A stretch of DNA of 35,952 nucleotides, from the NCBI GenBank assembly GCA_947296775.1, contig CAMYRF010000002.1, positions 1 through 35,952 of the forward strand. Reading direction: 5' to 3'. Both the position numbers and the translations under genes were made by a program. The notes under the pieces are model-generated. The model had not been told where the DNA came from and ran no database searches. It saw only the letters and a list, made by a program, of their open reading frames with translations. How positions within the stretch are numbered: position 1 is the first letter of the stretch; each line of letters opens with the position of its first letter. Shown piece after piece: positions 9,614 through 18,039 of the stretch. This DNA comes from an uncultured Mycoplasmatota bacterium (lineage in GTDB: Bacteria; Bacillota_I; Bacilli_A; RF39; UBA660).

Positions 9614-10012
9614 CTAAATTAAACTAAATTTCAAATTAACAATTGCATGATTTAATACTGTATCTGGGACACTAGTATCTTGAATAATTTGATAATCACT
9701 ACCAGTCATTCGTCCACGATAGCGATAATCTAACGTTTTAAACGACAAAGAGGCAATCATTAACAACGAACTAGCGATTGTATCAACCATTAGTCGTTGA
9801 TCTTGATTGCCCCATACGTTAACAGTAAGGTTTATTTCAGCACCAATGCTCATTTTATTCGGGATTGGTACTAGGTTCATATTTTCAAGCGTCACAAAAG
9901 GATAATTCACGTTTTCAGAAGCCATCGGTAAATGATCGTAAGTGTCATACCCTTTGTTTAGTGATTCTAGAAATACATAATCATACAATTCTTGTTGTGG
10001 AGATTTCATCAT
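9614..10012 (-). CDS. Tail completion / tail terminator protein (SPP1 gp17-like position)
   Basis: A 132-aa ORF directly upstream of the major tail gene, with an ATGA overlap with the preceding gene. Confidence 0.55.
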   Translation of the reverse strand: MMKSPQQELYDYVFLESLNKGYDTYDHLPMASENVNYPFVTLENMNLVPIPNKMSIGAEINLTVNVWGNQDQRLMVDTIASSLLMIASLSFKTLDYRYRGRMTGSDYQIIQDTSVPDTVLNHAIVNLKFSLI

Positions 10013-10377
10013 TGCATCAACCTTTTCAATTCATTGATAAACATTTGTGACTGAACATCAAAAGCTGGTTTCAAAGTAGGCATGGCCGACATAAACCGAG
10101 TACCGTATTCCAAATAAGGGAAGTAATCAGTAGTCGGGCCAACTGAAACAGTCATTCCACCATCACTAAAGATAGGCTTAATTGATCGATGAGTCTGTCC
10201 AGTTGAATAACCATGAGTATAGGCAGCCTGCATATTAGATTGAGTACGACTAGACAATTGTGCGCCATGTTTCTTTACGATTTGGGGTACTTCAGTAAGG
10301 TTCATCTTTGTTTCTATTGCTACAGTTAAATCATCTAATCCTTCAAGCTTCATCCTAGGTTTTCCCAACATCTTCAC
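10009..10377 (-). CDS. HK97 gp10-like neck/tail component
   Basis: 122 aa. The motif YSTGQTHRSI...GPTTDYFPYLEYGT resembles the HK97 gp10 family, and the position fits. Confidence 0.65.
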   Translation of the reverse strand: MKMLGKPRMKLEGLDDLTVAIETKMNLTEVPQIVKKHGAQLSSRTQSNMQAAYTHGYSTGQTHRSIKPIFSDGGMTVSVGPTTDYFPYLEYGTRFMSAMPTLKPAFDVQSQMFINELKRLMQ

Positions 10378-10714
10378 CTACCAATATAGAAACATTCTTT
10401 AATGGAACAGTAGTTGTCCTCATTCGATATTTAGTAGGACCATCATCGATTGTTAAATAAGCCCACTGTTTTTCGATTGGTTCTACTATCCGAATAATTT
10501 TAACTCCTTGGGTAATACTTCCGAGGAGCCGAACCGTCCGATCAGCACCAACGTCGGTAACATTTCCCATCATGCTAGCAACCAGCTTAGATCCACAATC
10601 CGTTTGAGATGTTAGCGGATTATAGTGCTTACTTTCCTCTGTGTAAAAGTTAATTTCATGATCGAACCGCACGGCTATCACCCCGATATGGATTAAAGAA
10701 TTGAACACGTCCAT
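10355..10714 (-). CDS. Head closure / head-tail joining protein (start uncertain)
   Basis: The track ORF 10355..10873 overlaps the upstream gene by 218 nt. Internal starts at 10726, 10714 or 10681 give the usual 108-123 aa. No start has a clean SD. Confidence 0.5.
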   Translation of the reverse strand: MDVFNSLIHIGVIAVRFDHEINFYTEESKHYNPLTSQTDCGSKLVASMMGNVTDVGADRTVRLLGSITQGVKIIRIVEPIEKQWAYLTIDDGPTKYRMRTTTVPLKNVSILVGEDVGKT

Positions 10715-11042
10715 GCGACTTAACATTCTTACCGTTTTGATCTCGCCAGGCATTAATATCGGCTTCAAAGTCATCAAAATCAGACGAGTTAAAAGTAATT
10801 GACTGTCCTTCTTGTGAATAAGAAGCCATTCCTTCATTGGAGATACGATTATACCGTCGTACACAAACTTCAAGAGAGATAAAACCTAGCTCACTAGGGA
10901 AAGGGGTATCCTGTCCTAAGCCAAGCTTAAATCTTAACGCCTGTTCCGTATTATCAATAATCAGCGATAGTAAGGCATTTTGTTTGTCAGTTTTTAACTG
11001 GAGCATCGTTTTTAGATTTTCAAGTGTTACAGATTGTTCCAT
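10656..11042 (-). CDS. Head-tail connector (gp6-like adaptor)
   Basis: MEQSVTLENLKTMLQLKTDKQNALLSLIIDNTEQAL... is typical of the Phage_connect_1 type. The ATG at 11042 follows the SD aggtgag. The track's GTG at 11051 lies inside that SD. Confidence 0.7.
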   Translation of the reverse strand: MEQSVTLENLKTMLQLKTDKQNALLSLIIDNTEQALRFKLGLGQDTPFPSELGFISLEVCVRRYNRISNEGMASYSQEGQSITFNSSDFDDFEADINAWRDQNGKNVKSHGRVQFFNPYRGDSRAVRS

Positions 11043-11043
11043 C

Positions 11044-11136
11044 TTACTCACCTAACTTTGCTAATAAATCAGGCTTATTGTCGGTAGAAGTATAACTGAT
11101 TCCATGCTCATCCATATACTTCTTGATTTCGTCCAC
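11044..11136 (-). CDS. HeH/Rho_N-like small ORF, or C-terminal frameshift extension of the capsid protein (see finding)
   Basis: The frame encodes ...TVDEIKKYMDEHGISYTSTDNKPDLLAKLGE*. The only in-frame starts are a GTG at 11136 with no SD and an ATG 8 codons later. Confidence 0.35.
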   Translation of the reverse strand: MDEIKKYMDEHGISYTSTDNKPDLLAKLGE

Positions 11137-11195
11137 CGTGTTAGCGGACGTTGGTTTTACATCATTATCGCCCGCTTCTGAATTATCGGGCGGTG

Positions 11196-12062
11196 TTATT
11201 TTGACGCAGAAGCCTCACCAATGGTTGCAACTACAATGCCGTCAAGTCGTTCAGGGAATAGCACGCCAGAAGTCAGTGACATAGTTTCATATGAGGCATT
11301 TTCGGTCAGAGCATTATGAACAACACCAATCAAACCAGTTTCATCGGTCGTTAAGTTAAATGCTTGGCTTAGACTACCATTCATTGCAGCATAAGCGTAG
11401 TTCAAGTTTTGACTAGCAGTAGCAGCAATTGTGCCTTGTTTGATTGCACCGGTTAAAATAATGGCGTTAAAACCAAGGTAGTTTTGAATATAAGTCAGAC
11501 CAAAAGCAGTTTGAGTGGTGATATCTGAATCGCCCAAGTAGTCGTAAAAATCTAGTGGGTTAGCAAAGAGAACTGATTGAACGTCGTCATCTTCCCACTT
11601 AATTGTTAATTGCCCAAGTGCATGAGCAGCGGCTTTCTTAAAGTCAGTTCCATCTGTTTTAGTAGTACCAGTTTGAACAAAATCAAAGAAATCCTTTTTA
11701 ATATCACCTTGAATAGCACGAAGTAACTTACTATCAGTGTCATTTACAGCCGGACCAAAACCAGCTGATTGAATCGATTCAGCGGTGGTTTGCTTACGGT
11801 ACTTCTTATAAACCAGTTCCTTAGTACTAGCTAGCTTCTTAGTTACTTTGCTAAGTGGAATAACTTCACCTTCAGCGACGTTACCATCTGCCTTGCTTAC
11901 TTCTGACTTGTAAATCTTAATCTGTGAACCAACAGCCATTGGTTGCATTCGTGTTACGTTCATTGCTTGAAGCAAAGTACTAATTGAACCAGTAAATCGT
12001 TCTGTAAAATCAATAGATTGTGCAATTAAATCCTTTGATGTAGTAATATTTTCTGTTGCCAT
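11196..12062 (-). CDS. Major capsid protein
   Basis: A 288-aa ORF directly after the scaffold gene with a strong SD (aggagg). Called on position and size. Confidence 0.8.
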   Translation of the reverse strand: MATENITTSKDLIAQSIDFTERFTGSISTLLQAMNVTRMQPMAVGSQIKIYKSEVSKADGNVAEGEVIPLSKVTKKLASTKELVYKKYRKQTTAESIQSAGFGPAVNDTDSKLLRAIQGDIKKDFFDFVQTGTTKTDGTDFKKAAAHALGQLTIKWEDDDVQSVLFANPLDFYDYLGDSDITTQTAFGLTYIQNYLGFNAIILTGAIKQGTIAATASQNLNYAYAAMNGSLSQAFNLTTDETGLIGVVHNALTENASYETMSLTSGVLFPERLDGIVVATIGEASASK

Positions 12063-12074
12063 AAATTATTCCTC

Positions 12075-12677
12075 CTAATGCTGATATAGGCTTAAATTAT
12101 CTGCAATGGCTTGTTGCCGTTTGATTGGATCCTTAATCTTGTTGATTTCATCCTTAGTCATTGTTGGCTTGCCATTCGTTCTAGGTGTAGAACCTTTGAG
12201 TAAGTCCTTCTTAACTCCACTTTGAATTTGATTAGTGTATTTAATTAGTGCTTGAACATTTGCATAAGTTTGTTTTTCGTCATCAACTACAACCATGTTG
12301 AGCACATCATCACTAACAGTTAGACCAGCTTCCTTAAAGACTTCATCTGTTTGCTTAATATTGTCACGGCGGGCAATTTGAGCACGAAGAGAAGCGATTT
12401 CTTTATCTTTCTCGCTTTCTTTTGACATAGTTGCCTCTATATCTAATGAATCTTTATTTGCCTTGCCAGATTGAAGCTCTTTAATTTTCGCATTAGCCTT
12501 ATCTAACCGTTCTTGGAGAGAATGCTTCTCGTTCTGTTCCTTACCAATTCGTTTTTGAAGTTTCTTAACTAATTTGTCACCATCTAATTTGTTATCTTCC
12601 TTTGGATCGGTACCAGTATCCTTTGGTTGATCAGTAACTTGTGGTTCTTGAACTTCAGTGTTGTTATTTTCGTCCAT
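12075..12677 (-). CDS. Scaffolding protein
   Basis: An acidic, coiled-coil-rich 200-aa protein upstream of the capsid gene. The ATG at 12677 follows the SD aaaggagg. The track start at 12701 contains that SD. Confidence 0.75.
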   Translation of the reverse strand: MDENNNTEVQEPQVTDQPKDTGTDPKEDNKLDGDKLVKKLQKRIGKEQNEKHSLQERLDKANAKIKELQSGKANKDSLDIEATMSKESEKDKEIASLRAQIARRDNIKQTDEVFKEAGLTVSDDVLNMVVVDDEKQTYANVQALIKYTNQIQSGVKKDLLKGSTPRTNGKPTMTKDEINKIKDPIKRQQAIADNLSLYQH

Positions 12678-12772
12678 GTTGTGGACCTCCTTTACTCGCA
12701 TTTAATGTCCTGGGAGACTGCTCGGGTTTTGTTTAACGTCCACTACACACGGAACGGACATAATTTAGTTAC

Positions 12773-12807
12773 GAAAAAAGAGAACCCTTGAAAATAAAGG
12801 ATCCTCT
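12773..12807 (-). terminator. Second intrinsic terminator after the packaging operon
   Basis: The minus-strand RNA forms an AGAGGAUCC...GGGUUCUCU 9-bp stem with 2 G-U pairs, followed by UUUUUU. Confidence 0.5.
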
Positions 12808-12827
12808 TTGAAAATAATTTAATTAAG

Positions 12828-12859
12828 AAAATAAAAAACACTCAGAATTAATCTGAATG
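12828..12859 (-). terminator. Intrinsic terminator after the small ORF that follows MuF
   Basis: The minus-strand RNA forms a CAUUCAGA-UUAAU-UCUGAGUG stem with one G-U pair, followed by UUUUUUAUUUU. It begins 2 nt after the stop at 12861-12863. Confidence 0.7.
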
Positions 12860-12860
12860 T

Positions 12861-13085
12861 TTAATAGATAATATCTGATTGCATTTCTTTTGAAAGCTTT
12901 GGTAAAGGCTTCCCACTTCTAATTGCATCATTCAAGATTTTAATGCCTTCTTGAATATTATGAATATCTGGGTTTACTGGATCAAAATAAGAAATAGCAT
13001 TATCAAGACTACCAACGCCAAATTTCTTTTCGTAATTATCATGGGCTTCTTTTAAATTCTTTAACTCAGCATTCAATTTACTCAC
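12861..13085 (-). CDS. Small protein (74-77 aa) translationally coupled to the MuF-HExxH gene; candidate partner or immunity protein
   Basis: The GTG at 13094 overlaps the MuF stop as GTGA. An alternative GTG at 13085 lies 5 nt after aaggggtga. No family was recognised. Confidence 0.6.
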   Translation of the reverse strand: MSKLNAELKNLKEAHDNYEKKFGVGSLDNAISYFDPVNPDIHNIQEGIKILNDAIRSGKPLPKLSKEMQSDIIY

Positions 13086-13090
13086 AATAA

Positions 13091-14941
13091 TCACCCCTTT
13101 AATAATAATCCTAGTATTAGATTCAAATATTCTTCATCTTCATTAATTTTAACATATTTATTCTTACCATCTTTGCCAATCGATTTTAATTGTCCTTTTC
13201 CTGGCTCAAATAATGATTCCAAACCAATCGAAAGTACTTCTGTTCCTTTAGGATATTCTTTACCGATATATGGATTAATAAAATTATCTTTCTTAGTAAT
13301 TTCACTTAGTCGGTAATTAATAAAACCATTGTAAATATCATATAACCGGCTTGTCTGTTCACCTTTGGTCCGCTCTTTAAGAAACTCTCTTTCAATCCTT
13401 TCAACATCTTCATTATGAGTTTCAACGAAGTGGCCTAACTCATGCCAAGCTGTAGTAGGACGACCCGATGAAAAGATTGTATTATATTTACCAGCTTTAT
13501 CATCTTGAAGATATTTTGGAATGTCAGACTGGGTCTTTATTGTTGAAGGTGCCTTAAATCTACCACGTGCATCAACATAATGTCTTGTATAAAATCCACG
13601 CTGATTTTTACCAGCATACATAAATTCGCCATTATTTAAATAATTAACCCAGTCACTGGGGTAGTGATTAAAAGCTTCATTTAATGCTTTCTTCACACTT
13701 GCATTTGACCGTGGCATCCACTGACTCTTTTCAACCGTACCACCAACTTGACGATAATTGGCAATAATTTTAGCAATTCCGTCTTTATCACCTAGCATTC
13801 TATCGATATGGTATTTTTCATTAATTGCTTTGCCAAGATATTCAATATCATCTTTCTTCAACTTAGTAATATCAGTATCCATCAGCTTCTGAAAGTTATC
13901 TTTATCTGATGACTCAGAAGTTTTCTTACTACTATTTTTACCTAAATTATCCTTGCCCTCAACCCAATAAGCACTAATACTACAACGACAATTCGGATGG
14001 ATAGGAATTTGAGGAACTTCATCAACTGGAAAGACCCCATAACCAAGATCATATTCATCGTTATCGGCAATTCGTTGGCAAACATGACAAGCTCCAGGTT
14101 CAGCATACCATTTTACGTATTTATAATCAGCAGCCTTGATACTATCAATTTGTGCTTGATATTGAACACGTGCCGTTTCAGTTCTTACTAATCTTTCGGC
14201 AACATATGCATGATTATTAATTGTACTCTTAATCTGATTGCGCAACTGACGAGCCATTGCTTGATTGCTTTGACCAGTGATAAACCCAGTAGAAAGAACT
14301 ACATCTAGCTGAGCTTTTAATGCGTCTTGATTAAGCCATAGGCGTTGACTCCAGTTTGCTCCAGCAGTTTGAGCCATGACAATCTTGGCAATGTTAGTAT
14401 CTTCAATCAAAGCATTATTAAATTTAAGATTACGTCCAAGAATACCGCTTTGCCGTTTAACCTCATTGATATAGCTGTCGGTTAACTTCAATCGAGTGGC
14501 ATTTTCGATATTCATGTTAGCTTCTGTAAGGTGTAAACCAACTTGGCTTTTTAGATATTCCAAGCGGTTAATTCTCATCGTTGCATTGTACACCTTCATT
14601 CGACGATTTACATCATCACCAAACGAACTATAAGTAACCTTTTTGCCTTGCGCTCTCATTTGTGCAGCTTGCATGACCACCTTTTGTGCTTCGGTTTCAT
14701 AATCTGCAATATCAGTCATGTCAACGGTAGAATAAGCATTACGAAGACCACCCACAGACTTAGCGAGAGATTGATACTGATGATCAATTTCTTTATTGAT
14801 TTGTGAGATAGCCTGATTATAGTATCTTTCAATTAAACGATTAAAAGCTTCATCACTAGCAATATTTTTCTTTTGCCACTTTCGCTCTTCATCTTCTCGT
14901 TTCTTCCAGTAATCACTATTCGGCATCGCCATCTTCATCAC
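13091..14941 (-). CDS. Minor head protein: MuF/SPP1 gp7-like N-terminal domain fused to a C-terminal HExxH (zincin-like) domain
   Basis: Lies after the portal gene. The MuF-type ending is CHVCQ...IHPNCRC (aa 285-320), followed by a Ser/Lys-rich linker and then about 260 aa containing WHELGHF (aa 499-505, nt 13430-13444). Confidence 0.8.
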   Translation of the reverse strand: MMKMAMPNSDYWKKREDEERKWQKKNIASDEAFNRLIERYYNQAISQINKEIDHQYQSLAKSVGGLRNAYSTVDMTDIADYETEAQKVVMQAAQMRAQGKKVTYSSFGDDVNRRMKVYNATMRINRLEYLKSQVGLHLTEANMNIENATRLKLTDSYINEVKRQSGILGRNLKFNNALIEDTNIAKIVMAQTAGANWSQRLWLNQDALKAQLDVVLSTGFITGQSNQAMARQLRNQIKSTINNHAYVAERLVRTETARVQYQAQIDSIKAADYKYVKWYAEPGACHVCQRIADNDEYDLGYGVFPVDEVPQIPIHPNCRCSISAYWVEGKDNLGKNSSKKTSESSDKDNFQKLMDTDITKLKKDDIEYLGKAINEKYHIDRMLGDKDGIAKIIANYRQVGGTVEKSQWMPRSNASVKKALNEAFNHYPSDWVNYLNNGEFMYAGKNQRGFYTRHYVDARGRFKAPSTIKTQSDIPKYLQDDKAGKYNTIFSSGRPTTAWHELGHFVETHNEDVERIEREFLKERTKGEQTSRLYDIYNGFINYRLSEITKKDNFINPYIGKEYPKGTEVLSIGLESLFEPGKGQLKSIGKDGKNKYVKINEDEEYLNLILGLLLKG

Positions 14942-16298
14942 CGTCCGGCTTATCTTGGTCTAATGCGGCAGGGCCATATTTAAGAGCTTGTTGCATATCC
15001 TCTTGTTTCTCTTTGCTAATCCGTTTGATTTCCTCTTGAGGATCGTCAACAAATGGCAAAATAGACAATAGTGTTTCTTTTGATACCATCCCCTGTAACT
15101 TCTGAGCGATGTCTGCATCGTTTGAAATGTCATCTGGTAAATTCCTCTTGAAAGTAAATTTAAGCTCTCTCCAGTCCTCTGAATGTACCTCAGGCAATAC
15201 TTGACCGACACTAAACACAATTCGGTATAAACGCCGCAAAGCTTGTCGAAATTTACGTTCTTTATTCGAGGCCATATTCCGCATTGGCAAGAGTTTATAT
15301 TGCAGAGCAACACCAGAACTATTGCCGGCAAAGGCCTCATCGTTAAGATTAGCCACCATGCTTATCTGATAAATCATTGAGACTAGACGATCAATAATGT
15401 GTTCTTGCATGTTATCTCCATCAGGCTTACTGATAAAGTCAACAGTTGCATTAGTAGCATCAGCATCCGGACTATAAATCATCTGGTTACCAATTAAATC
15501 CGCATCTGGTTTACCGTCGCCATCCTGATCTAGGTCTACTCCTAGTATCTTCAAATAAGCATTATCAAAATACTCAACCTGATTAGCTTTTTGCGATAAT
15601 ACCCGGTCTAACTCATCAATCAGCGTTTTAACATTATCAAAAACACCTTGTCTTTCTTCGTTACCGTAAAACTCAACGGCCGGTACTAAACCATAAGGAT
15701 TAGTTGTCTCATCTACAAACTTACTGCCTTCAAAAGAAATGGTCTTATCACTGTAGTAAACCATTCCGACTTGAACACTATTTGTATTCTTCCAATAGCG
15801 AACAAAAGCCATCGGTTGTCGTGATACCGTATCATCGTAAACCATGAAAGAATCCACTGGAGATGAATAAGCAATCCGTGTTTGACTATCTTCATCCTGA
15901 TAAACAAAAGCAAGTGACCGTCCGAAGATGTCCGCTTGCTTACTAATCTCACTTAATTTATCTTGTAATGAATTCTCATCGTTCCATTCTTGCAATAAGC
16001 TATTAGTTTCTTTATCATCCAGTGTTACCTTAGGCGGAATACCCGCAAAGAAACCATTGTACGTATCAACAATATAGTGTGGCAGGTTGACCACCAACTT
16101 ATTATCTGGTCCAAACTGTCGTGGTTGCTTGGTTAAGATATCATGATTACCTTTATACATTTCAAGGTTATGCTTATATTCTTCTGCCAAGCTTTTATTC
16201 TTACTAATAAATTTAAGCAAGTCTGGCATTGTCATTTCATCGTCTTTAGGATAGATAAACACGTTTCCTTCAACTACTTGCCCTTTAATTTCTGACAT
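14916..16298 (-). CDS. Portal protein
   Basis: A 460-aa ORF directly after terL with an acidic C-terminus. Position and size match SPP1 gp6-type portals. Confidence 0.85.
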   Translation of the reverse strand: MSEIKGQVVEGNVFIYPKDDEMTMPDLLKFISKNKSLAEEYKHNLEMYKGNHDILTKQPRQFGPDNKLVVNLPHYIVDTYNGFFAGIPPKVTLDDKETNSLLQEWNDENSLQDKLSEISKQADIFGRSLAFVYQDEDSQTRIAYSSPVDSFMVYDDTVSRQPMAFVRYWKNTNSVQVGMVYYSDKTISFEGSKFVDETTNPYGLVPAVEFYGNEERQGVFDNVKTLIDELDRVLSQKANQVEYFDNAYLKILGVDLDQDGDGKPDADLIGNQMIYSPDADATNATVDFISKPDGDNMQEHIIDRLVSMIYQISMVANLNDEAFAGNSSGVALQYKLLPMRNMASNKERKFRQALRRLYRIVFSVGQVLPEVHSEDWRELKFTFKRNLPDDISNDADIAQKLQGMVSKETLLSILPFVDDPQEEIKRISKEKQEDMQQALKYGPAALDQDKPDGDEDGDAE

Positions 16299-16310
16299 TC
16301 AATCACCACC

Positions 16311-17585
16311 TCAAATGTAAATATTTTTCATTACAGTTGCCTTTGGACTAGCCATTCCGTTATATTCAGAACTTCCATATCTCAAACTATCAATGCAGTG
16401 ATTATAAGCATCAACAGGTTCATTGATATATTCACCAGTCTTACGGTCTTTCTTATATGTATAGTTTTCCAATTCTTCAATTGTTTTGACACAACGATCA
16501 TCAACAATCCATTCAAATTGCTGTAAAAATTGAATACCCTGAATAATTGAGTCCGGCCCTTTCTTTGCTGGCCGAATACGATATATCCCATCACGCTTTA
16601 ATTCAGCAATTGACTTTGGTTCTGCAGCATCAGCCGTAATAACTTCTTTGGTATAACCCATTTGTTTAATTACATTGGCTATTTCATTATTGAGCATTCC
16701 TTTTTTGACATACTCTTCCAGAACATAGAAACGTTTATTTTTCATGTCAATCTTGGAATGAGTAAAGGCAGAAGGATCATTGCTATAACCAAAGTCCAAG
16801 CCAAACAAATCAGGTAAATCACGGAGTTGTGGTTCTTCCGGATATAATCGACGTTTAGTAAAGGTTGGAAAGACCAGTTTATCCAATGTAGCAAACTCGC
16901 CTAGCGTATAAATTTTATAGTAGGCTGGGTTAGTTTGTTTTAAGTTCTCAATCGTTGCAATGTTATCAGCGTCCAAGAAGTGATTATCCTTGTAAGTTGA
17001 TTGATGAATTGATACTCGTTCCGGATTAACCTTTGCTTTCGGATCAAACCATTGCTTGTAGGTCCAGTTCAACTTACTAACCGGATTAAACATACAGAAC
17101 AATTGTCGTTTCTTATGCTTAGGTTCACGTAGACGAAGAGTAAGCTGCGTAAAATCATCTTGATTAAACTCAGACGCTTCCTCCATGACAACATCAGATA
17201 ATCCTTTAATTGATTTAATTTTTTCCGGATCATCCATTCCTTTAAATAGAAAAACCGCACCATTCGGTAAATGAATAGTACGGTTTGATTTATTAACTCT
17301 ACATAACGGAAGAAGTTGCCAGTTAGATAAACAATCAATTACATCAGCAAAGATGGATTCTTGAATTGTTCGATCAACTTTCCGAAGCCATAGCACTTTA
17401 CGGGGATGTTTCCAGTGTTTGAGTGATTTAAGTACCACCTTCTGCACCACACCATGAGACTTACCAGAGCTTGCTCCTCCGTACCAGACTTCGATGAAAT
17501 GAGAATAATCGAAAAGGTTATCGTAAATTTGTTTATTAAATACATTAGCAGGTTTGGGGAAATTAAGATTAATCTTCGTCATCAT
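16311..17585 (-). CDS. terL: Terminase large subunit
   Basis: Walker A motif WYGGASSGKSHG. The probable ATG at 17585 or 17582 follows the SD gggggatt. The track start at 17618 lies inside terS. Confidence 0.95.
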   Translation of the reverse strand: MMTKINLNFPKPANVFNKQIYDNLFDYSHFIEVWYGGASSGKSHGVVQKVVLKSLKHWKHPRKVLWLRKVDRTIQESIFADVIDCLSNWQLLPLCRVNKSNRTIHLPNGAVFLFKGMDDPEKIKSIKGLSDVVMEEASEFNQDDFTQLTLRLREPKHKKRQLFCMFNPVSKLNWTYKQWFDPKAKVNPERVSIHQSTYKDNHFLDADNIATIENLKQTNPAYYKIYTLGEFATLDKLVFPTFTKRRLYPEEPQLRDLPDLFGLDFGYSNDPSAFTHSKIDMKNKRFYVLEEYVKKGMLNNEIANVIKQMGYTKEVITADAAEPKSIAELKRDGIYRIRPAKKGPDSIIQGIQFLQQFEWIVDDRCVKTIEELENYTYKKDRKTGEYINEPVDAYNHCIDSLRYGSSEYNGMASPKATVMKNIYI

Positions 17586-18003
17586 AATCCCCCATTCCCA
17601 CATCAATCTGAACATCACCAGAAATAACCTTTTTATCAGTCCAAGCGCCGTGTCGCTTACCGATTAATTCCGCCGCTTTAATACGATCTTTTGCTGACAC
17701 TTCAACATCTTCATAAACACCTTTAGCAGTAGCAACCGATTCTGTTTGCTCACCACGCATAACCGAAGAAAGATATTCCATCACTTCGGTCATATCAGCA
17801 GTCTTTTCGGACTTAATTTCAGCATTGCGTTTTTCGATAGCAGCTTTAATGACAGGTTTTGACAAGTTTTCAGTAGCTATTCGATTAGCCGTTTTCTTAG
17901 AATATCCAGCTTTAATCGCAGCTTGAGTAGCATTACCCGAAATAATGTACTCATCGACAAATCGTTGTTGCTTCTGTGTTAATTTTTGAGTAATGCTACT
18001 CAC
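17569..18003 (-). CDS. terS: Terminase small subunit (Terminase_2/HTH type)
   Basis: LTQKQQRFVDEYIISGNATQAAIKAGYSKKTA is the typical terS HTH. The start codon is ambiguous (see finding). Confidence 0.9.
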   Translation of the reverse strand: MSSITQKLTQKQQRFVDEYIISGNATQAAIKAGYSKKTANRIATENLSKPVIKAAIEKRNAEIKSEKTADMTEVMEYLSSVMRGEQTESVATAKGVYEDVEVSAKDRIKAAELIGKRHGAWTDKKVISGDVQIDVGMGDYDDED

Positions 18004-18039
18004 CTCCTTAAAAATAAAAAAACCAGCTGTTAAGCTAAA

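Noticed and set aside
10727-10873. N-terminal 49 codons of track ORF 10355..10873.
   Set aside because: This stretch overlaps the connector gene by more than 200 nt in another frame. Internal starts give the normal size for a head-closure protein.
14960-17545. Minus-strand ORFs in alternative frames of the portal and terL genes: 14960..15340, 15713..15952, 16382..16594, 17069..17338 and 17339..17545. ORF 20474..20656 inside 20322..20777 is the same kind.
   Set aside because: They are fully nested in strong genes with recognisable motifs in the main frame. Their translations are Leu/Ile/Lys-rich noise typical of off-frame AT-rich DNA.
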